From: Octopus vulgaris
Taxonomy: Eukaryota
Reading direction: 5' to 3'
Assembly (NCBI GenBank): GCA_951406725.2
Contig: OX597814.1
Location: 63,116,001 to 63,180,000, forward strand
Length of the DNA stretch: 64,000 bases
The notes under the pieces were generated by a model that was given only the letters and a program-made list of their open reading frames with translations, did no database searches and was not told the DNA's origin. The translations under genes and the position numbers were made by a program. Below, piece after piece: positions 44,832-56,838 of this stretch. How positions within the stretch are numbered: the first letter of the stretch is position 1; each line of letters starts with the position of its first letter.

Positions 44832-45337
44832 ATATAATGATAATCATCATTACTATGGTTTTGATGATACTCTAACTGCAGATTTTCGGAACAAATCCAA
44901 ATGCTTGACTACTGTTTAAAAACACATTCATATATTTATTTATATATGTTTATTTATATTTACCTTTACAGCATGTCGAGAAAAAAAGAAAACTATATTA
45001 CCTTCCAGTAAATGTTTAAGAATATCTATGTTTTCTCTTCTTCTGATATTACGGTTAAAAAGTAGAAGAAAAAAATAATAAAAAGGTTGCATAACAATAA
45101 CAAAGAGGATACGTGTATGAATATATGAGAAGAATTAGGGGAAAAAGAAGAGAAAAGAAAGCACAACAAGACATATACTTTACAAGAAAAGCACCATGCT
45201 GTAAAGATACAAACACATACATTTACGTACACACAGATAATATAAATATATATATGTATATATATATATGTTTGCATTAACGGATTTTGTCGTTCAGATA
45301 AAATGCACGGTCGTCAAATAGAAGACGGAAGCTCGGA

Positions 45338-45401
45338 ATGGAAACTAGCACCAAACTGCCAAATTTCTATGTAATCTTGTTTATATTACTATCTACACTA
45401 G
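45338..45401 (+). CDS. Candidate first coding exon of a secreted or membrane protein (signal peptide METSTKLPNFYVILFILLSTL; phase-1 intron follows)
   Basis: ATG in good context (GGAATGG). N-region contains K; hydrophobic core FYVILFILLSTL. Followed immediately by strong donor CTAG|GTAAGA. Unique (non-repeat) sequence, with candidate acceptor TTACCTTTACAG ending at 44971. Confidence 0.5.
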
Positions 45402-45570
45402 GTAAGAAATGTTGATCAGTTTATTTTCGTTTGTATTATCATGTTTATGTTTACTTTCTATTTTAACATGACTAATTTATAATTTCTGTTTTAAACTTTT
45501 ATTTTCATTATTTGAATTTCTTTTCTGTAAAACACAGAACAAAAACATTCATACATACATTCCTACCTAC

Positions 45571-45663
<93 letters not shown>

Positions 45664-46129
45664 ATATATATATGTACACTCACTGTATATACAGTCACAT
45701 ACTTTCATATGTACCTCTGTTTCTTTTCCGTATTCTTACTTAGTTTCCTCTTGTTCTTGGAAGCTTGTTACTTTATATCTAAAATATTAATATAGTTATT
45801 ATAACTTTTAAAAGTTGTTCCTGGAGCAACACTTATAACAAGTAATAATGATCTCGTTTATGAGTAGTAATTTATTCCAACTTTTGTTACTGTTTTGATA
45901 TTAATAAAACAATAACTGTTACTAACACTGACACATCCAAATATCTAGGGAGCGAGATGAATCGATCCTAAGAACGATAATACATCACCGGTATCTTATT
46001 TCATCGACAATCGAGCATAAAAGACAAAGTGCAGAAAAAAGTTATAGGAGAGTTATACTAGAGAGTATTTTGTCATTCGACTGGACGATTCTGATAATCA
46101 GGCACTTTAATAATGATAATAATTCTGTC

Positions 46130-46331
46130 TACTACAGGCACATGGACATAAGCCCTGAAATTAGGGGGAAGGGCATAGTCGATTACATCAAGCCTAGTTA
46201 ATGACTAGCACATAATTTATCGAACCCCGAACGAATGAAAGGTAAAGTCGCCGTCGGCGGAATTTGAACTCAGAACATGAAGACAGATGAAACGCCGCCA
46301 AGCATTTTATCGAGCTTGCTAACTATTCCCG
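46130..46331 (-). mobile_element. tRNA-derived SINE (family C)
   Basis: Reverse complement GAATAGTTAGCA...AAATGCTTGGCGGCGTTTC...GAGTTCAAATTCCGCCGA (B box)...CCTTTCATTC...GATAAATTA. Fragments also near 20410-20520, 22975 and 47840-47930. Confidence 0.7.
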
Positions 46332-46458
46332 TAAATGATAATGATAATTACTATTTCTTTATTAACCACAAAGGGTTTACATTAAAAAAACAACAACATT
46401 GTGGACAGTACAGGATAAATAGAATGTGTGGTTACATGAAAGTCGTGTAAACAATGAA

Positions 46459-46517
<59 letters not shown>

Positions 46518-46518
<1 letters not shown>

Positions 46519-47014
46519 TTAGTACCAGGCAGTGGCTCACGTGGCTTCTGATGTTAACTGTTAAAATGTATGTTTTGTTTTGGGCTACAGTAAATATGCT
46601 GCTCAATACCACAACCAGTTGAATATGCCTCTTAGTGGCTGTCGATATGTACATATCTGATCACGAGCAGGTTTTGTAGGGGAGCATCATAGCCATGTGT
46701 TTAGAGCGATTCTTTGGGGTTTGGATAATCCGTCAAGTAACATAGGTGTTTCGTTCAACATCCTTAAACAATTCTTATCCAGGGTCCTTTTGAGCGGAAT
46801 GCGCTACTCGACATAAGAAAATTGTAACCGGGCCTACCGGCAAGGTCATGAGCTGTTTATCTTGGTATGAGGTCACCATGTCTTGTACATACGATTGTGA
46901 CACATGTGCCTGGTGTACACTTATTAGACGGGCAGTCATGATGGGTAAAGTGCATTTAGTACACTTGTACTCCATTGTCACTTTGATGGCATGCGCTGCT
47001 CTGTCACTCAATCT
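46518..47014 (-). mobile_element. Unclassified ~500-bp dispersed element between (TAA)n and (GAT)n(AAC)n, possibly a non-autonomous LINE derivative
   Basis: Higher-GC block with sharp microsatellite borders; no convincing ORF. Confidence 0.4.
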
Positions 47015-47051
<37 letters not shown>

Positions 47052-47319
47052 AACAACAACAACAACAATAACAACAACTACAACAGCAACAACGACGACG
47101 GTGCCATACGTTTATTAATACGTTTTCAAATCAGAAAAAGGTTTAGTTAAGTGACTTTGCAGTATGTATTACTGGTATGTTAATTATTGACTGTGGAAGA
47201 TAAATATGTTTTGTATCTTTTCGAACCAACAGAGAAAGAAATATCTGTAGGATACAGAGCGTCGATTCGTTGAAATAAACTCTATCCCAATGGTTAACCC
47301 TATGTTTTGACTTACGTAT

Positions 47320-47735
47320 ATAGTGGTGTGATAAGTTTGCTTCTCAACCACGTGGTTCCGGGTTCAGTCCCATTCCGTGGCACCTTGGCTAAGTTTCTTT
47401 TACCATAGCCCCGGCCAATCGAAACTTTGTTAGTAGATTTGGTAGCCAGAAACTAAAAGAATTCCGTCGTACATATCGTGTACTAGTGTGTGTGTTCTTC
47501 ACCAGAACGTGACACCGGCGTTTGTTTACTTTCCAGTAAATTAACTGTTCGGCCAAAGAGACCGATAGAATACGTATCAGGCTTAAAAAGATGCATGAAG
47601 GCTGATGTAAAATGTGGAACAACAAAAGAGAAAGAAAAATAAATACAGGAGTCGATTTGTTCGACTAAAATTCCTCGGGCGTTACCCGAGCATCTTCGCA
47701 GCCCAATGACTGAAACAAGTAAAAAATCAAAAATA
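47320..47735 (+). mobile_element. tRNA-derived SINE (family B, octopus-type) ending in the LINE-shared tail
   Basis: AAGTTTGCTTCTCAACCACGTGGTTCCGGGTTCAGTCCC head (B box), then GGCCAAAGAGACCGATAGAATA, GTCGATTTGTTCGACTAAA and the tail CAATGACTGAAACAAGTAAAA. Confidence 0.75.
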
Positions 47736-48123
47736 TACATGTTTATATGTCAATGCGTGTGAATGCGTACAAACTAAAATTTAAACAGATGAACAAGCAC
47801 ATTGACGTGTTCAGTAGAGAGGAAGCATATTTTTACGATCTCAGTTTAGATCCCGCCAAACTTCATTTTTTATTTCGAAATCGATAAAATAAAGTACCAT
47901 TTAACTATTAGTGCCGATTTTATCGATCACAAATTTATAATCTTTTCAAACATATACACGTGTGTAAAAGTTGAATTTATTTCAGAAATTAAAATTATAA
48001 AAGGTTATAAAAATATGTAAATGTTTGCATACATACATATATACTCATACATATGTGTGTGTGCGTGTGTATGTGTTTGTGTGAGGGTGTCTGTGTTTAA
48101 GTAAATATATATGCCTACGAATC

Positions 48124-48225
<102 letters not shown>

Positions 48226-48228
48226 ATA

Positions 48229-48395
48229 CAATTGCAGTGGAAGGTGTTTATGAGCCATTTGAAAACACGAAATTCGATAGTTTTAATTCAACATTTAATT
48301 TTAATTTGTCAAAATATTTTCGTTGCTTTGAAACTGCAACCTGTTCACTGACAAACTTCCGTGCTACAACTGAGAAAATAACGGTTAGTTCATGA
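48229..48395 (-). mobile_element. Microsatellite-embedded cassette with hammerhead-like fold; inverted sibling at 49286-49450
   Basis: Reverse complement of 48229-48330 matches 49286-49391 (CAAAGC.ACGAAAATATTTTGACAAAT...AAATGGCT.ATAAACACCTTCCAC...TGCAATTG). Confidence 0.65.
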
Positions 48396-48629
48396 TATGT
48401 ATGTGTGTATGTATGTATGTATGTATGTATGTATGTATGTATTCATGCATGCATTATGTATGTATGTATGCATGTATGCATATATGTATGTATGCATGTT
48501 TGCATGTAAGTATGTATGTATGTATGTGTACATGTAAGTATGTACAGATGCATGCATGCTTGTCTATACGCAGGTATGTATGTATGTATGTATGCATGCA
48601 TGTATGTACATATGTACACACACACACAT

Positions 48630-48679
<50 letters not shown>

Positions 48680-48837
48680 ATATCAGTATTTAAGTGTGTA
48701 AGTGTGTAGACGTGTCTGTGTGTGTGTATATGTGTATGTAGATGTGAACATATGTTTATGTACTGATATGTATGTCTGTTGAAGTTGTATATATGACGAA
48801 AGTTGTATATATATATATATAAATATACACATACACA

Positions 48838-48905
<68 letters not shown>

Positions 48906-49189
48906 CATATATATGTCCTTCTCCCCATCGTCTAACGGTGAATGGATACAATGCTTTAGATACATACATGCAAATATATACCTACTTATACATATGTACA
49001 AGCACACACAATAACATAAACATGTATACACACTCACATATATACGTATAATATTAAAGTATACACATATATATACTTATCCATCTACACATATATATGT
49101 CACTATTTTCGCAGACAACAGTTAAAATTCAACATTTAAAAAAATTCTATTTTACATAGACATATACATATATATATATATACATGCAT

Positions 49190-49224
<35 letters not shown>

Positions 49225-49285
49225 ACATACGTATATCTACACACATACTCATACCTGCACACTCATTCACACATATTTACTCACA

Positions 49286-49446
49286 CAAAGCGACGAAAAT
49301 ATTTTGACAAATGAAATTTAAGTGTTGAAGTGAATCTAACGGTTATTGTGTGTTTTTAAATGGCTTATAAACACCTTCCACGCTGCAATTGTTTTTGTTT
49401 CAGCACACGATCTCAGATCAGGTCACTACCAATGCAAGTACATCTC

Positions 49447-49450
<4 letters not shown>
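49286..49450 (+). mobile_element. Sibling of 48229-48395, 5'-truncated within the hammerhead-like fold and ending at (TA)n
   Basis: Sequence match as above. Confidence 0.65.
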
Positions 49451-49491
<41 letters not shown>

Positions 49492-49493
49492 TA

Positions 49494-49547
<54 letters not shown>

Positions 49548-49790
49548 TCGGGAATGGGATGCACTCCACACATGTAATACTCCCTAACGTGCAATAAACT
49601 ACCTTTACTTTATTTGTTCGATAAAATGCTTATGAACACACACGCGCGCGCGCGCGCGCACATACACACACACACACACATGCACGCACACACACACACA
49701 CACACACATGCACACACACACACACACACAAATATATATAATTTAATATACACAATTACAAAAGACTTACTTGTGGTGTCACGCTCTAAT

Positions 49791-50784
49791 ATTCATTAAA
49801 TCGGCAGATTTATACAACACGCAATGTATCTCCAGACAATCTTTCGAGCTCATTTCATACTTTAGAGTTTTTGAAGTTCAGGACTCTAGGCTATGAGAGA
49901 AAATGAGAAAAAGCGAGAAGGGAGAATGCATAAAGTCTGATGCAAAATGTGGAACAACAAGAAAGAAAAGTAAGAAAGTCAAGATCTTTGTCTTCTTTGA
50001 TTGTAGAAACCAAAATTGATGTAACTGATGTAAAATAAAATAACATGAAGGAGACCAACGTCTGTGACATATCTACTTAATCCGGAGCCGGTGGTGTCAT
50101 CCAGTTCGACAAAAGAAACCTGTCCCTGTGCTTGCATTTGCTAAAAATTCCAGATCTAGAATTAAGTAGTGTGGTGTAATTCTTAGCCCTAAAAAGAATG
50201 TGCATCTCATTGATTCATTTAGGTGTGGCATGAATTTATCCACGATTTTCCACTTGACTGTATGTACTATGTATTCGGTCTTCAGATACATACATGGGTA
50301 GCCAAATTAGTGGCCTTATTTTCATTAGTGTCGGAAATAAGACTGGTTGTTTGAATAACTGTTTTCAAAATTGTCTTTGCATAAACCGATGCAATTTTTC
50401 TTTTCAATTATGTTGTCTTCGTGCACTTCTGTACCTTCGGCTTCATAAAGGACTGCGTATATCAAACACGCCTGATCCAGTGGTCCAGCTTCAGGATCTA
50501 GACAGTTACAACTGGGAATGGGCTTACGAGTAATAATGCTCTTCGTATTGGGACAGCAGTGGTATGAAATTTTTACCGAACGAAGGTCTGGATTTTCATA
50601 CTTCTCTTTTCTTTCTTCTCGTTCCACCTTTTGCATGAACCGTCTGGCGTTTTCTTTTCGTTCTCTTTTATGATTTCTCATAGCTCAGAGTCCTGGTGCT
50701 TCATGACATCTAACGTTTGAACTGAGCCTGAAAGATTGCTTGGAGGTACATGGTGTATTATATAAATCTGCCAATTTAATGTAT
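49791..50784 (-). mobile_element. Penelope-like relic (GIY-YIG ~50097-50590) bracketed by diverged ~200-bp inverted repeats (49791-49990 / 50585-50784)
   Basis: SVKISYHCCPNTKSII...CNCLDPEAGPLDQACLIYAVLYEAE...NCIGLCKDNFENSYSNNQSYFRH and TVKWKIVDK...RC resemble PLE endonuclease regions. Arms align in reverse complement (ATTAAAT.GGCAGATTTATA...AGGACTCT..GCTATGAGA...ATGCAAAA.GTGGAAC). Confidence 0.75.
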
Positions 50785-51739
50785 CCTAAAGCATGATACT
50801 GTTAGTAGCGCTTTTGTAATTATGTATATCAAAGGATGTTTATCTCTCACTGTATGGAGTACTTTTTTGTTGATTCTAATTATGTTAGAACTGTAAACTC
50901 CACACACACAAGTGCATACAAATACACATGCACACACACACACACACAAGCAAACACACATGTATATATATATACTTGCATTCATATTTACATATCTATC
51001 TCTGTATGAGGGTATTTTGTGGATTTCAAGACAATCATTGATTTATAGCTCCAAAGAAGACAAATCTTTCATTGTTTATATACAGGATAAACTTGTCTCC
51101 CCAAATGCTTTCTTCTTCCTGTGGTTAGCTGTAACACATTTGATTCGGCAATCAAAGGTTTGAATGTTTCATAGTTATAAGAATGTAAGTTTTCATAATG
51201 CAAACCTCCTTACTAAATGTAACGTTAACTTGCCCGTTAATTCTAGGCTGCTGGTGTCTTGCCAATACCTAAGATGAATGTGGATGAAGCCGTTATATCA
51301 TAAAAACGTTATGCACTCAGCTATACGGATTGCTCAAGGCGTAGATGTCAGTAATCCTCGAGGTATTAGCCTCGGGATGTATGTATGTATGTATGAATGG
51401 ATGGATGAATGGATGTATGTATATATATATAGGTGTGTGTGTGGGTGTATATATATATTGAGAAAATGTCGTCAGGATTTTGGAAAAAACCCCTTATATT
51501 TCTTCATTATTATTAGCACTTTTGTTCCTCTCTAGAACTTGTCAAATACAATTTTGTGAATGTACAAACAGCTTGTCCATTTATATAAAACAGATGTTTT
51601 TGGGTGGGGTTTGTTTAGCAGAGAACATTGTTTTTGTTTTCTTTTTTTGTTTGAGGTTCCAAGTCGATGGAGATGGACAGATAGGAATATAAGTAGGCAG
51701 ATAGGCTGATAGATGGATATATAGAGAGAAAGATAGCCT

Positions 51740-52918
51740 GACAGATAGAAAGTGGGTAGAAGGAAAGAGAGAGAGAGAAAAAAAAGGAGTATCCACCTTC
51801 CTATTCATCATTCATTCATTTATTTAATTATTTTTTCCTTTACCATTGTATTGGAATGGGTTTAAGGATGGTGACCACTTAAAAGAAAAAACAGGTGTGG
51901 TTTGGTCATCACTGAAAGTTTTTTCTTTCTTTCTATCTCTCTTCTTTTTTCCTTTCTTCTTTTCTTCTTTCCTTTTTCTTCCATTTTTCTCCTTTCTTTC
52001 TTTTTTCCTCTTTGAGTTATATTTAGAATATACCCCTTCCAAACATTTATTTTCACGCCATAAAATCGAACTTACCTATACTCCAACAAAGCCCAAAAAT
52101 GAAAACCTTGATTGAAAAAAAAACTTTACGGAATAGCAGACGCCAACCAAAAAACTCTTAAAAAACACCTCACCAGTGCAGAATTCTAATCAGGGAATGA
52201 ATCGGAATTCTTAGTAAAAGAATGTGGAGATAGGAGATGTAGAACATGCAATAATATCAACAACTTCAAATACTTGGAAAGTGGTTCTCACATAAAATTC
52301 AAGAGCAGATCCTTTTTCAAAATAAATGCAAATATGAAATGCAAAACGCAAAACCTCATTGCCTGCCAAATCTATGGAGAAAATTACATTGGCGAAACAA
52401 ATGATTCCCCCTGTCAACGTGCAAGAATCCACAGGCAACATATGCTATAAGAAGAATTAGGCAAGCATCTCGAAATATGCGGCGACGGAAAATTCAAAAT
52501 TTTTCACTTTTACAAATGTGCACGAGATGATCCGCAATACCGAAAAATAATGGAACTACATTTCATCAAATAATTCTCTCCAAAGTTGAATGTTTAAAAG
52601 AAAAACAGAGAGTACGTTTTGTAAGTGTTATACTAATGATCTCTAACGCAAAATCATGGAATTGAAAGAGGCGAGATCGAAATTACACAGTATAAACATG
52701 GACATATTCCCAACCACACACACACTTACAAGCACACACGCACAGAAACATGCACTCACATACACACTTCATCAAGGAATCCTCCCTAAAATTGAATATT
52801 TGAAAGTAAAGTGGAGAATTTGAATTCTTTATTCCAAATGTGGGTCATCTCTACAAATGTTCAGATATATATATCTGATATTCCAGCTTCACGTATATAT
52901 ATGCATGTATGTGTGTGC

Positions 52919-52996
<78 letters not shown>

Positions 52997-53415
52997 TTAC
53001 ATATATATATACTGATTGATTTTTCAAATTGTTAATTTGCAAATATTATACTAATGTATTTTCATGCAGAACTACACTTCCCTTCAAAAATGAATATTTG
53101 GAAGGGGTATATTCTAAATATAACTCAAAAGGAGAAAAAGAAAGAAAGGAGGAAAAGGAAGGAAAAGGAAAGAAGTAAAGAAGGAATAGAAAAAAGAAAA
53201 GAAAAGAGAAAAAAGAACAGAGAGAGAAAGAAAGCAAAAACTTTCAGTGATGACCAAACCACACCTGTTTTTTCTTTTAAGTAGTCACCATCCTTAATCC
53301 CATTCTAATACAATGGTAAAGGAAAAAAAACAATTAAATAAATGAATGAATGGTGAATAGGAAGGTGGACAACCCTTCTTTCTCTCTCTTTCCCTCTACC
53401 CATCTGTCTATCTGC
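51740..53415 (+). mobile_element. Penelope-like relic (GIY-YIG ~52125-52597) bracketed by ~320-bp inverted repeats (51740-52055 / 53085-53415)
   Basis: SRRQPKN/LKKHLTSAEF, VKECGDRRCRTC (CxxxxCxxC linker), NLIACQIYGENYIGET...HRQH and HFIK*FSPKLNV*. Arms share e.g. GATGACCAAACCACACCTGTTTTTTCTTTTAAGT and GGAAGGGGTATATTCTAAATATAACTCAAA. Confidence 0.8.
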
Positions 53416-53422
53416 CTGCCTA

Positions 53423-54068
<646 letters not shown>

Positions 54069-54780
54069 CAAACTGAGTTATATTTCAGTTTTATCGTTTG
54101 TATGAGTGTGTATGTATCCCTGCGTGTCTATAACAAAACACTCTTAACACGCTCGTCTAACGTTTCTTTTATCTCAAATGTAATACCTTGGTTTATTTTA
54201 AAACGCCAATTGTATTCTCACCTTCTATCTATCTTTCTGTCTGTCTGTCTCTGTCTATCTATCCATCTATCTACGAATATATGTTATTTATCTACTTATC
54301 TATCTATTGTATCTTACTTTAGATAACCTACTTTAAGTTTCATGTGAGGAGGAAGATATTTAGTTTAACTTATTTCAAGTCACTGACATCGTTGCACGTA
54401 GTGTTTCAGTATTTTCTTTAAAATAGCTAGTAGTAATACGAGAAAGAAAAACATTGCTTCGTTTAAGAAAAATATTGCTTTAGTTTTTAAGAAAAACGCT
54501 ACTTTAATTTGGTAATGGAAGGTGTGGCTACAATAGTATTTTAGATAGTAAGTGGTACGAATTTATCGTCAGCAACTGATTCAGTTTAAATGCTGAATAT
54601 GAAAACGAAAGAATAAAAAAAAAAACATAAATAGAGAAAAATGTATTTTTGGAAATATATTATACTTTGTCTAATTTACGAAAGTGTTTGTTTATTGTTA
54701 GTTGGTCCCCCCCCCCCCACAGAATTATCAAAGTATAGAAGAGTGCGTTATGCATATATATTAGTATGTTTAGTGTTTAA

Positions 54781-55152
54781 ATAAAGGATTGGTCCGTAAT
54801 AATTTTGTGTATCGAAGTAATCTTCAGACTGCATTATTCAACTGAATGTGTGGTTTTCTGGTATACAGAGGTTGCATTTTTTTTATCCATTCAGGTATAC
54901 CATTTAACTTTCGATGAATCTCCAATACATGGTGTATGCAGGATTAGAGTTCCTTAGTTTCAATATGTGAATTGATACCAGTTATCTGAATGGTAATTCG
55001 AGATAATAAAACCTTTTATTGAAAGTTAAATGGTATACCTGAATGGATAAAAAAATGCAACCTCTGTATACCAGAAAACCACACATTCAGTTGAATAATG
55101 CAATCTGAAGATTACTTCGATACACAAAAGTATTACGGACCAATCTTTTATT
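54781..55152. repeat. Foldback: ~135-bp near-identical inverted arms (54781-54917 / 55016-55152) with ~100-bp spacer (MITE-like or local inverted duplication)
   Basis: Direct comparison shows about five substitutions and one homopolymer indel. Confidence 0.9.
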
Positions 55153-56019
55153 GAATCTACCTCTTGCAACGAACTAAATTCCTCATAGAGCTTCTAATTT
55201 GCTAAGTTTGAGATAACATCGGCTTCACATCTTGTTGCTTGACATAATATGCAGTCTACAATAAGCATAAATACTTTCATATGCATGTGCGTATATATAC
55301 CAATTTGCAAGTATGCGATTATATATTTACATATGCATATTTGTGTGTGTGCGTGTGTGCGCGCGCGTGTGTGTGTGTATACATACATATGTATATGCAT
55401 ATATACATATATATCTATTTACCAATTTGTATATATGTGTGTGTTTGTGTGTGTGTATGTGTGTGTATGTGTGTGTATGTATGTATAAATAGATATTGAT
55501 ATGTAGATAGGTAGATAGATAAAGATATATACGTGCATATATATATCGTATGTATATATACATATATATATACATATAGATAACAATATATACATATATA
55601 TATATATACACATATATATATAAATGTATGTGTATATCGTTTATACCTGTTAATATTCTTTTTAATGCCACTATCTAACACTGCTGTAGACGCCAATGCG
55701 TTAGTTTTGAATGAAAATTAATTAAATGGCCTTTCTACATAAGTAAAGTCTCCTTTTGAGCTAACTTACATATATCCTAATTGTCAACATATATTCTTTT
55801 AGTGCCTCAAACCAACATAATAGAAGCAAAAGTAACAATCTGCTTTATTATACGCTTATCGTGGAAACAATGTTACAAATATTCCATCGGATAAAACAGA
55901 AGAAAAAAGAACAGACATAAACTCAGGAGCTAATAAGTAGTTATGTTTCTTATCTTAACTCAGGTTATTCTTATCAGATTAGATCTATGATAAAGATTAT
56001 GAACCTAGCGGATTTTTAT

Positions 56020-56779
56020 TTGGACATATGTCATTTAAGACTTCTTTATCAAGTTTATTTTTCATTTTCTCAGAGAATTGATTGTGATATGATATAGATC
56101 TGGCTGATAATTCTAGGAGGTCACGTGACACCGGAATGATGGCTCGTAGCCATGATGTTGTTTGTAAAAGTACAGACGAAGTACACATTCATGCACAAGA
56201 AAACCCAGTCCCAGTTGTTCGTTTTTAACCGAGCTGAATATCTTCCAGAACAATGGGTGTATATAAAACAAGGGTTTAAGAATACTTTCTGTACAAATAT
56301 GTTAATAGGAGATAAATATCCAATCAGTAGGTCGCTTGCCATTTGGAGATAAACTTTCTGATTAGTTCTGATTCCTAATATTGACAGTGAAGCAAGTTGA
56401 GGTATATTTAATACGGTTCTTCCCGAAATAACTAACAATAATCGGTTACTACTGAACTGAAATACCAACATTCTATCTTGCACATTGAAAATCCTCGCAG
56501 AATATTATCAATAGTCCAGTGTAATATCTACTCATTGGGATGAGATCTAAAGGAAAGGGATTTTACCTCATCAACGGTGGATGAATATCGAGAAGCATTA
56601 TCCAATAAAATATTGCGATTTTTGGGTAATTTATTTTATTAGATGAGGATGAACCAAGGTTTTCAAGACAATCAAGAAAAGTGCACGCATATTGATTGTT
56701 CTTCGACGATCATAAGACATTAAGAAATAATTCCAAATAAACAGGTGCAAAGATAACGCTGATATGGATCGCAAAAGAT

Positions 56780-56838
<59 letters not shown>

